Assembly (NCBI RefSeq): GCF_947301925.1
Contig: NZ_CAMYUE010000002.1
Location: forward strand, 190,131 to 254,130
Reading direction: 5' to 3'
Length of the DNA stretch: 64,000 bases
Source: an uncultured Ruminococcus sp.
Lineage (GTDB): Bacteria; Bacillota; Clostridia; Oscillospirales; Ruminococcaceae
Part shown: one piece after another, positions 56,906 through 64,000 of the stretch
How positions within the stretch are numbered: position 1 is the first letter of the stretch
How the letters are laid out: the number at the start of each line of letters is the position of its first letter
Notes under the pieces: generated by a model
The model's input: only the letters and a program-made list of their open reading frames with translations
Databases searched by the model: none
Told to the model about the DNA's origin: nothing
Program-made: the position numbers and the translations under genes

Positions 56906-56919
56906 TTCGTTAACGAACG
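56906..56919. other. Candidate right attachment site (attR core)
   Basis: Perfect 14-bp palindrome GTTCGTTAACGAAC about 50 bp past the recombinase stop. Confidence 0.4.
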
Positions 56920-56954
56920 TGAACTAAACTCCCTTCCTAAAACTTTTAGCATTA

Positions 56955-57032
56955 AATTTAGCCCTTACAGGGCGCTCCCCGGTTATTACCGGATCTCACG
57001 TTTTGTGGAGAGCGCCCTGTACGGGCTAAATT
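56955..57032. repeat. Large inverted repeat (23-bp arms, 1 mismatch) with a nested hairpin
   Basis: AATTTAGCCCTTACAGGGCGCTC ... GAGCGCCCTGTACGGGCTAAATT. The loop contains CCGGT-TAT-TACCGG, and each arm is itself a GCCC-N5-GGGC hairpin. Confidence 0.85.
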
Positions 57033-57061
57033 CAGTTATAAAGTCTTTGGAAAAGGGGTTC

Positions 57062-57150
57062 GGGGAAAGAACCTTTCCTCAGAAAGGTTTGTCCCCGATA
57101 ATTACGCATAAACCTCTATATAAGCATCACGGTTAAAGTCGGGCTCTTTT
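57062..57150 (-). repeat. Conserved 3' flank element (copy 2, inverted)
   Basis: Its reverse complement aligns with 41999..42088. It contains the hairpin GGGGAAAGAACCTTTC-CTCA-GAAAGGTTTGTCCCC. Confidence 0.75.
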
Positions 57151-57159
57151 CCGTTATTA

Positions 57160-58785
57160 TCAGTCTGTTGCCTGGAATACTGCTCTTACGAACGTATAGA
57201 GATGTGAGTGTATGGAGTCATCACCGTGGTGACCGTTCTGTACAACGTGCCATACATGAGGTACGCCGTTCTTGTTGAAGTTATTGTGATAGCCCTCGGG
57301 AGTATTCAGACCAACTACGTCGTCCTGAGTACCGCCTGTTACCATTACCAGATAAGGAGTCTCCTCCTCGCTGTTCCACTTCCATGCGCCTGAAGCACCG
57401 GGTGCGGGACAGATAGCGCCCACATAACCGAACTTGTCGCCGTACTTCATACCGATCTGGAGAGACTCGCGTCCGCCCATTGAGAAGCCTGTAACGGCTG
57501 TATTCTCTCTGCCTGTCTTGACGCTGTACTTCTCCTCAATGTGAGGCATGAGGCTGTCAACGATATCGTCAACGAAGTTGTCGTAGCCCTCGTTGGAGCC
57601 TGGATCTGCAAAGCCTGTAGCATCGTTCATCGTAGCGCTGGTGAATACGAAGGGTACTACTACGATCATATCCTTGGCCTCGCCCGAAGCGATAGCGTTG
57701 CCCACGATCTGCTTGGTGTACATCTGGCCGTTGCCCTTGGTTATCATTCGGTCCTCATTCTCGAAGAAGCCGTGGAGAACATAGAGTACGGGGTATTCCT
57801 TGCTCTCGTCATAGCCTGCGGGAAGGAGTATATTGTAAGGCTTGTTCTTGTTTGCCTTCTTGGAGTAGTAGGTCTCCTTCTTGATAGTACCGTACTGTAC
57901 TCCGCCCTTCTCCATATGAGAATCATTGGGCTCGTTGTTTACCAGCATATTCTGTACGATCTCTGCATATTCCTCCATGGTGTACTTGCGCTGACCGGGA
58001 ACGATGACCGGCTCTACTACGGGGAATTCTGTAATCTTGCCCGCTACGAACTGCATGATGAGCACAGCGTCGTTGAGCTCGTACACTCCGTTGCTGTCGG
58101 CGTCTGCGGCCTTCAGCCACTTCTTGTCGGTGATCTCCTGGATAAGTCCCTTACGAGCCTGAACGATATCCAGCGAGTCGATTGTTCCGTCATAGTTAAT
58201 GTCGCCCTTGTTCATCTTTACCGGCGGAGAGGGTTCGCCTATTTCTGTGCCGACGTTAGCGCCAACTACTTCATCGATGTAGAAGCTGCAGGTGGTGCCT
58301 TCCTCAGACTCGATATAGAGCTGCACGCTTTCCGCGCCTGCGGGAATGGTGAACTCCTTGTTCTCAAGATGCGCCCACTGCCCCTTTTCGGCAGTTACCT
58401 CAGCTATCTTCGGATAAGAGGTAGTGCTTCCGTCGCTGTACTGGAGAGTCAGGTAGAAGGTAACGGGAGAGGTGGTGTCCTCCGTCATTACATAAGCGCT
58501 GAAAGCATAGTCCTGACCCGCCCTGAAGTCAGTACCGAGGCTCATTGTTGCGCCGTTCCATGATGACTCTCTGCCGCTTGTGAAAAGTGAGCCTTCACCC
58601 GAACGTGAGATGCCTGTGACCGCCTTTACAGAAGCGGAACCGCGGCCGCTCCACTGTTCCTTTCCATCCTCGAAGGTACTGTGAAGCAGGTAATCGGTAT
58701 CTGCCGCCGAAACAGGTACCGATGCGACAGCTGAGAGGGATAACGCTGCCGCTGTGATGAGTGGTAATATTTTTCTCATTTCCAA
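57160..58785 (-). CDS. Cellulosomal esterase: CBM-like module + dockerin + PF00756/CE1-type esterase (feruloyl/acetyl-xylan esterase-like)
   Basis: 541 aa with a signal peptide, a beta-sandwich module of about 170 aa, a dockerin pair (DINYDGTIDSLDIV / DADSNGVYELNDAV) and an esterase with YPVLYVLHG and GFSMGG. Confidence 0.85.
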   Translation of the reverse strand: MEMRKILPLITAAALSLSAVASVPVSAADTDYLLHSTFEDGKEQWSGRGSASVKAVTGISRSGEGSLFTSGRESSWNGATMSLGTDFRAGQDYAFSAYVMTEDTTSPVTFYLTLQYSDGSTTSYPKIAEVTAEKGQWAHLENKEFTIPAGAESVQLYIESEEGTTCSFYIDEVVGANVGTEIGEPSPPVKMNKGDINYDGTIDSLDIVQARKGLIQEITDKKWLKAADADSNGVYELNDAVLIMQFVAGKITEFPVVEPVIVPGQRKYTMEEYAEIVQNMLVNNEPNDSHMEKGGVQYGTIKKETYYSKKANKNKPYNILLPAGYDESKEYPVLYVLHGFFENEDRMITKGNGQMYTKQIVGNAIASGEAKDMIVVVPFVFTSATMNDATGFADPGSNEGYDNFVDDIVDSLMPHIEEKYSVKTGRENTAVTGFSMGGRESLQIGMKYGDKFGYVGAICPAPGASGAWKWNSEEETPYLVMVTGGTQDDVVGLNTPEGYHNNFNKNGVPHVWHVVQNGHHGDDSIHSHLYTFVRAVFQATD

Positions 58786-59012
58786 TCCTCCTTTTTTAAT
58801 TCCGTAACCGAAATTATTCTATTATAATCATTGCATATATTTTTTCATCCGTCAACCCACAAAATGAAGATTTTGTACAAATTTTAATTTGTTTTTATTT
58901 TTATAACATTTTTATTACCTGTTTAATATGATTATAGCACAATTATGATACACATTTCATTTTTCTTCATAATACCGTCACCATGATAGCACGATCGTGC
59001 TGTTCAGAATAA

Positions 59013-59043
59013 TTAAAAAATGCCTCATCTTCCGATGAGGCAT
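59013..59043 (-). terminator. Intrinsic terminator after galE
   Basis: 10-bp stem ATGCCTCATC/GATGAGGCAT followed by T6 on the - strand. Confidence 0.85.
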
Positions 59044-59047
59044 CAGA

Positions 59048-60067
59048 TTATTTATTGTATCCGTTGGGGTTATTTTTTTGCCAGTTCCATGAATCGCGGC
59101 ACATATCCTCAAGGGTCTTTTCCGTTTTCCAGCCAAGCACCTTCAGAGCCTTGTCCGCATTGGCATAGCACTCGGCAAGATCACCTGCGCGTCTTGCTCC
59201 GTATACGTGATTTACCTTTATACCGTTGACCTTCTCAAATGTGTCAACGATCTCGGTAACGCTGTAGGGCGTACCTGTGCCAAGGTTGAATATCTCCACG
59301 CCGTTATGGCTGAGGATATAGTCTATAGCCTTGACATGGCCCTTTGCAAGGTCTACCACATGGATATAGTCACGGGTGCAGGTACCGTCGTGGGTGGGAT
59401 AATCGTTGCCGAATATGGTGAGACACTCACGTCTGCCCACAGCCACCTGTGACACATAGGGCATGAGATTATTGGGGATACCCTGGGGATCCTCGCCTAT
59501 CATTCCCGACTCGTGTGCGCCTATGGGATTGAAGTATCTCAGCAGCACCACGGAGAGCTCCTTATCTGCCTTTGCCGCGTCCTCGAAGATCTGCTCCATC
59601 ATGACCTTTGTCCAGCCGTAGGGATTCGTGCATACGCCGCGCTTCATCTCCTCGGTATATGGCACCTTGTTCTCCTCGCCGTAGACAGTTGCGCTGGATG
59701 AGAAAATTATATTCTTCACGCCGAACCTGCTCATATTCTCGAGAAGCGAAAGAGTCGTATCTATATTGTTGCGGTAGTACATAACGGGCTTTTCCACGGA
59801 CTCGCCTACTGCCTTCAGGCCTGCGAAGTGTATAACGGCGTCGATCTTATTCTCGGCAAACACCTCTGCCAGCTTGTCCGCGTCCTTTATATCCAGCTCA
59901 TAGAGCTTTACGTTCTTCCCTGTGATCTTTTCGATCCTGCGCACTGCCTCGGGGGAGCTGTTTGCAAAATTATCCGCTATAATAACATCGTATCCTGAAT
60001 CCAGCAGCTCAACAGCGGTGTGGGAGCCTATATATCCTGCTCCGCCTGCAAGTAATATGGTAGCCAT
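59048..60067 (-). CDS. galE: UDP-glucose 4-epimerase
   Basis: 339 aa with GGAGYIGSH, the SSSATVYG region and the YGWTK (YxxxK) catalytic motif. Confidence 0.93.
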   Translation of the reverse strand: MATILLAGGAGYIGSHTAVELLDSGYDVIIADNFANSSPEAVRRIEKITGKNVKLYELDIKDADKLAEVFAENKIDAVIHFAGLKAVGESVEKPVMYYRNNIDTTLSLLENMSRFGVKNIIFSSSATVYGEENKVPYTEEMKRGVCTNPYGWTKVMMEQIFEDAAKADKELSVVLLRYFNPIGAHESGMIGEDPQGIPNNLMPYVSQVAVGRRECLTIFGNDYPTHDGTCTRDYIHVVDLAKGHVKAIDYILSHNGVEIFNLGTGTPYSVTEIVDTFEKVNGIKVNHVYGARRAGDLAECYANADKALKVLGWKTEKTLEDMCRDSWNWQKNNPNGYNK

Positions 60068-60215
60068 AACAATTATTCCTTTCGTATTCCGTATCGATAC
60101 TGATGACGTTATATCATCTGTATACTATTATACACTATCCGCGGCACAAAATCAACTCTTTTGCAGCAAATCCTGCACGACAGACCGCAGGAGCCCTCCC
60201 CATGAGGAGATAACA

Positions 60216-60251
60216 GACAAAAACCTCCGATACAGAAAATGTACCGGAGGT
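60216..60251 (-). terminator. Intrinsic terminator after rfbC
   Basis: ACCTCCG/CGGAGGT stem with a T5 run on the - strand. Confidence 0.65.
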
Positions 60252-60257
60252 GGATTT

Positions 60258-60866
60258 TCAGAATTTGAATGTATTCTCAAGAGTGTCCCACTTCTTGTCC
60301 TTGTCGGAAAGATTCAGTGCAGTTCCGTCCTGAAGGGCATAGCCCTCGCTGTCAGCGCTGCCCTTGTACTCTCCTGTCAGCTCAGGCCAGTTTATGCCGA
60401 TAGCAGGATCGTTCCATGCAAGGCCGCCCTCGTCGTTGGCATGGTAGAAGTCGTCGCACTTGTAGCAGAACTCCGCCACATCGCTGAGCACAAGGAAGCC
60501 GTGAGCAAAGCCCTTGGGAATGAGGAACTGCTTCTTGTTCTCCTCGGTGAGCTCAACTCCGTACCACTTGCCGTAGGTCTCGCTGCCGCTTCTGAGGTCA
60601 ACGGCAACGTCGAATACTCTGCCCTTGATAGCTCTTACAAGCTTGGTCTGAGGGAACTGCTTCTGGAAGTGAAGACCTCTCAGAACTCCCTTTGTGGAGC
60701 ATGACTGATTATCCTGTACAAATACGATGTCTATACCTGCCTCCTCCATGTCGCGCTGAGAATAGGTCTCCATGAAGTAGCCGCGGTTATCGCCGTGAAC
60801 AGCGGGAGTTATAACGCAGAGTCCCTCGATGCCGCCCACGTTCTTTTCAACTGTGATCTGTCCCAT
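60258..60866 (-). CDS. rfbC: dTDP-4-dehydrorhamnose 3,5-epimerase
   Basis: Cupin with GVLRGLHFQ and KLVRAIKGRVFDVAVDLR. The ATG (codon 15 of the track ORF) overlaps the rfbD stop as TAATG, with AAGGAG 7 nt upstream. Confidence 0.92.
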   Translation of the reverse strand: MGQITVEKNVGGIEGLCVITPAVHGDNRGYFMETYSQRDMEEAGIDIVFVQDNQSCSTKGVLRGLHFQKQFPQTKLVRAIKGRVFDVAVDLRSGSETYGKWYGVELTEENKKQFLIPKGFAHGFLVLSDVAEFCYKCDDFYHANDEGGLAWNDPAIGINWPELTGEYKGSADSEGYALQDGTALNLSDKDKKWDTLENTFKF

Positions 60867-61753
60867 TATAATATCTCCTTTAAATATCTTGAAAGTGCGT
60901 CCTGCCATGCAGGAAGCGGAGTAAAGCCGTTTTCAGCCAGCTTTGACTTGTCAAGTCTGCTGTTGAAAGGCCTTGCAGCCTTGGAAAGTCCGTATTCTGC
61001 TGTAGTAACAGGGGTTACCTTTGTGGACATTCCTGCCTGTCTGTATATCTCAACTGTGAAGTCGTACCATGAGATATAGCCGCCCTCGTTGGTAGCGTGA
61101 TAGTAGCCGTACTTCTCGCTCTCTGCCATATCAACAAGAAGTCTTGACAGGTCAAGGGTATATGTGGGAGTTCCTATCTGGTCGGAGACTACTCTTACTT
61201 CATCATGTGTCTTGCCTACGTTTACCATAGTCTTGATGAAGTTCCTGCCGTTTACTCCGAATACCCATGCGATGCGCACGATGAAGTATTTGTCAAGAGT
61301 ATTTGCCACTGCAAGCTCGCCGTCCAGCTTTGACTGTCCGTATACGTTCTGGGGAGCGTAGTCCTTGCAGTCGGGCTGCCAGGGCTCTGTTCCCTGTCCG
61401 TTGAAAACGTAGTCTGTGGAAATGTATATCATCTTGCAGTCAAGCTTCTTGCACACATTTGCGATATTCTGCGTACCGTCTACATTGATTGCCTTGACCT
61501 TTGGCTTGTTTTCCTCGTCCTCGGCAGCGTCGACCGCTGTCCATGCCGCACAGTGGATAACGATATCGGGCTTTACCTCGGATATCGCCTTGTCTACTGC
61601 TGCTGCATCGGTTATATCAAGCTGTACATAGGGATAGTCCGTGGGAACAGACTCCAGTATATCGGAACCTACGCCCTCATATCCGCGCTTTGCCAGCTCG
61701 TCCATAACATCATGCCCCAACTGTCCGCCTACACCTGTTACAAAAGCTCTCAT
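60866..61753 (-). CDS. rfbD: dTDP-4-dehydrorhamnose reductase
   Basis: 295 aa with VTGVGGQLG, ISTDYVF and YGQSKLDGE. Confidence 0.92.
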   Translation of the reverse strand: MRAFVTGVGGQLGHDVMDELAKRGYEGVGSDILESVPTDYPYVQLDITDAAAVDKAISEVKPDIVIHCAAWTAVDAAEDEENKPKVKAINVDGTQNIANVCKKLDCKMIYISTDYVFNGQGTEPWQPDCKDYAPQNVYGQSKLDGELAVANTLDKYFIVRIAWVFGVNGRNFIKTMVNVGKTHDEVRVVSDQIGTPTYTLDLSRLLVDMAESEKYGYYHATNEGGYISWYDFTVEIYRQAGMSTKVTPVTTAEYGLSKAARPFNSRLDKSKLAENGFTPLPAWQDALSRYLKEIL

Positions 61754-62798
61754 AAAAATCCTCCAAATGTAATACTCTGCCTATAAAATAAAACAGTTTT
61801 TTCCTGATTATATCAATCAATATGCAGACAAAGAATAGCATTACTGCATATATAATTATTGCAAAAAAGATAACAATCTGATTATTATTTCTCACAATAA
61901 ATTGCTTTAATGGATAAAAAACTACCTTGCGCGCATAATCAAAATCTGTAATCAGATAAACTGCCAGTGCATATTTTGAGATTTTACTTGAAAATTTGAC
62001 TATAGCGTTATTTGAATTCCATATTATAAATGCCAAACTAAGACTTATTGCACTTATAATTATCAAGGGATCATTATAGCTGTATACTTGCCACGAAATA
62101 GTTGAAAATGATAACCTATACATCAAATATGCTACCCCCGAAACAACTAATGATATTATGACGTAAATGAGAGCGTATGGAGTTTTCGTTGCTGATAGTG
62201 AATCTATATTCTTACTACACAGAATTCCTACATAATACATATACATTCCTTGCAAAAAGGTATGTCCACGTCCAATACCATCCCAATCAAATACAAAACC
62301 ATAAATTACAGTAATTAAACTAAAAATGATGAGAAGCCTTTTCCGGTTAATATTATTGAGTGAATTAACATATTCATTGACAAACGGTGACAGAATACAA
62401 AGCAAAAAGTATGCTCCCATAAACCAATAAGAAGAAAATGGCAAAGCGCTTTTTAAAATATACTTTATAGATTGAGTCGAAAATAGGGAAAACTCATTCC
62501 TTAAAAGCATGATTATATACCAGATAATTGAGTAAAACTGCATCTCTAAGTATAATATAATCAGCTTTTTAGAATTAAACTTGATAGAATAAAAACCACT
62601 GATAAAGAAAAACGAATTTACAGCTATAATACAAAAAGAGTTAAGCAAAAATAAGGAATAATCTAATCGATCACTAAGCCCTTCTTCTGTTCCAAGTGCT
62701 CGCATATTCAGTGAATGAACAATTGTATGATGAATAATTATCATTACCATCAGAAGGCAGCGAAGTAAATCCGTAGAGTAATTTCGCTTAACCGACAT
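61710..62798 (-). CDS. Acyltransferase family 3 membrane protein (putative polysaccharide O-acetyltransferase)
   Basis: Polytopic, with an N-terminal DLLRCLLMVMIIIHH motif typical of acyltransferase_3. It is strongly A+T-rich. The ATG (codon 28 of the track ORF) lies 7 nt after GGAGG and 2 nt after the rfbB stop. Its 3' end overlaps rfbD by 44 nt. Confidence 0.78.
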   Translation of the reverse strand: MSVKRNYSTDLLRCLLMVMIIIHHTIVHSLNMRALGTEEGLSDRLDYSLFLLNSFCIIAVNSFFFISGFYSIKFNSKKLIILYLEMQFYSIIWYIIMLLRNEFSLFSTQSIKYILKSALPFSSYWFMGAYFLLCILSPFVNEYVNSLNNINRKRLLIIFSLITVIYGFVFDWDGIGRGHTFLQGMYMYYVGILCSKNIDSLSATKTPYALIYVIISLVVSGVAYLMYRLSFSTISWQVYSYNDPLIIISAISLSLAFIIWNSNNAIVKFSSKISKYALAVYLITDFDYARKVVFYPLKQFIVRNNNQIVIFFAIIIYAVMLFFVCILIDIIRKKLFYFIGRVLHLEDFYESFCNRCRRTVGA

Positions 62799-62799
62799 C

Positions 62800-63828
62800 T
62801 CAGACCTCCGCACGGTTGCCGTACATCTTCTCGTAGTAGTTCTGATACTCGCCGCTGATGATAGTCTCCCACCACTCACGGTTCTCCAGATACCACTTGA
62901 TGGTCTTCTTTATGCCGTCCTCGAACTTTGTCTCGGGCAGCCAGCCGAGCTCATTGTGGATCTTTGTGGGATCGATAGCGTAACGCATATCGTGTCCCTT
63001 TCTGTCCTCAACGTGAGTGATAAGGCTCTCGGGCTTGCCAAGCTCCTTGCAGATGAGCTTTACGATGTCGATGTTCTTCATCTCGTTGTGTCCGCCTACG
63101 TTGTAGACCTCGCCTACCTTGCCCTTATGGATGATAAGATCGATAGCACGGCAGTGATCCTCAACGTAAAGCCAGTCTCTTACGTTGAGTCCCTCGCCGT
63201 ATACGGGGAGAGGCTTGTCTGCCAGAGCATTTGCTATCATAAGGGGTATCAGCTTCTCGGGGAAGTGATAGGGACCGTAGTTGTTGGAACATCTTGATAT
63301 TGTCACGGGCAGACCGTATGTCCTGTGGTAAGCCATAACCAGAAGGTCAGCGCCTGCCTTTGAGGAGCTGTAGGGGCTGCTTGTGTGAATAGGCGTCTCC
63401 TCTGTGAAGAAGAGGTCGGGACGGTCAAGTGGAAGGTCTCCGTACACCTCGTCTGTGGATACCTGATGATAGCGCTGTATGCCGTACTTTCTGCAAGCGT
63501 CCATAAGTACCTGTGTACCCAGGATATTTGTCTGAAGGAATATCTCGGGATTCTCGATAGAACGGTCAACGTGTGACTCTGCTGCGAAGTTTACAACAAT
63601 ATCGGGCTTTTCTTCCTCAAAAAGCTTGTATATAGCCTCTCTGTCGCATATGTCGATCTTCACGAAGCGGAAGTTGGGGTTCTTCATTACAGGCTCAAGA
63701 GTTGAGAGGTTGCCTGCATAGGTGAGCTTATCCAGACATACGATACGATAATCGGGATAGGTATTCAGCATATGAAAAACAAAATTTGCGCCGATAAAGC
63801 CTGCGCCGCCTGTTACGAATACTGTCAT
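62800..63828 (-). CDS. rfbB: dTDP-glucose 4,6-dehydratase
   Basis: 342 aa with GGAGFIGANF, STDEVYG and YSSSKAGAD. Confidence 0.95.
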   Translation of the reverse strand: MTVFVTGGAGFIGANFVFHMLNTYPDYRIVCLDKLTYAGNLSTLEPVMKNPNFRFVKIDICDREAIYKLFEEEKPDIVVNFAAESHVDRSIENPEIFLQTNILGTQVLMDACRKYGIQRYHQVSTDEVYGDLPLDRPDLFFTEETPIHTSSPYSSSKAGADLLVMAYHRTYGLPVTISRCSNNYGPYHFPEKLIPLMIANALADKPLPVYGEGLNVRDWLYVEDHCRAIDLIIHKGKVGEVYNVGGHNEMKNIDIVKLICKELGKPESLITHVEDRKGHDMRYAIDPTKIHNELGWLPETKFEDGIKKTIKWYLENREWWETIISGEYQNYYEKMYGNRAEV

Positions 63829-63841
63829 TTTTCAGTTCTCC

Positions 63842-64000
63842 TTAATACATAACTTTTCCCTCGGCTACCTTCCTCAGGTGTGCGCCGTAAGGTGATTTAC
63901 CGTACTTTTCTGCCGATGCAAGAAGTCCTTCCCTGTCTATCCAGCCGTTTATGAAGGCTATCTCCTCGGGAGCGGATATCTCTATGCCCTGTCTGTTCTG
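63842..64000 (-). CDS. rfbA: Glucose-1-phosphate thymidylyltransferase, C-terminal fragment (gene continues beyond the window)
   Basis: Hand translation of the - strand gives QNRQGIEISAPEEIAFINGWIDREGLLASAEKYGKSPYGAHLRKVAEGKVMY-stop, matching the conserved RfbA/RmlA C-terminus. It sits upstream of rfbB. Confidence 0.8.
   Translation of the reverse strand, partial: QNRQGIEISAPEEIAFINGWIDREGLLASAEKYGKSPYGAHLRKVAEGKVMY

Larger units (their letters stand above)
42097..56919. mobile_element. Approx. 14.8-kb integrative island mobilised by a large serine recombinase (non-conjugative, Tn4451/IME-like organisation)
   Basis: Lower G+C than the flanks. It lies between the homologous 3' flanks of two convergent host genes. 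RepA-like, TnpW-like and serine recombinase genes sit at the right end, and related palindromic motifs lie at both edges (42097-42109 and 56906-56919). Confidence 0.55.

Noticed and set aside
56906-56919. GTTCGTTAACGAAC as a LexA SOS box
   Set aside because: The half-sites have the opposite polarity (GTTC-N6-GAAC) to the Firmicutes LexA consensus (GAAC-N4-GTTC). Its position at the island edge, mirrored at 42097-42109, fits a recombinase site better.

Overview
This 64-kb chromosomal window comes from a Gram-positive, cellulosome-type Clostridia organism (Ruminococcus/Oscillospiraceae-like), judged by type-I dockerin modules, AGGAGG-type RBSs and TTGACA-17-TATAAT promoters. No rRNA, tRNA or CRISPR was seen. 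(1) 0-16 kb holds core envelope and morphogenesis genes: spoVG, murC-lexA, zapA-U32-dut, mreB-mreC-mreD-PBP2, VanW, an M23 peptidase, an Isf-like flavoprotein and fba. (2) 16.6-20 kb is a compact operon: DtxR-type regulator, PP-loop-like protein, non-canonical MurD-type ligase and a BFD-like [2Fe-2S] protein. I read it as a MurD2/MurL-like alternative glutamate-addition module under metal control. (3) 20-41 kb carries a solitary short PglX-like DNA methyltransferase, GNAT, xylB, VanZ, a ROK regulator, an AEC permease, YfhO, a Fur-family regulator, Tex and an alpha/beta hydrolase. It also carries a hairpin-dense 111-bp tandem repeat, a YjbR-PUA-like fusion with a DEDDh exonuclease, and a protein built from seven dockerin-like F-hand motifs. 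(4) About 42.1-56.9 kb is a lower-G+C island of roughly 14.8 kb wedged between two convergent dockerin genes. It ends in a RepA-like ATPase, a TnpW-like small ORF and a large serine recombinase, and is bracketed by a TTCGTTAACGAA palindromic motif. Its cargo is an AraC regulator, a secreted PF00756-type esterase lipoprotein, TetR, a heterodimeric exporter-fold ABC pair and an MptD-type ECF module. It also holds an orphan promoter-to-terminator noncoding unit of about 0.5 kb that looks like a large structured RNA; this is my top candidate for something undescribed. (5) 57-64 kb has a CBM-dockerin-CE1 esterase, galE and rfbA(partial)-rfbB-[A+T-rich acyltransferase insert]-rfbD-rfbC. CDS coordinates derive from the ORF track, with starts re-picked by codon counting. 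Hairpin, promoter and repeat coordinates were indexed by eye and may be off by 1-2 nt.
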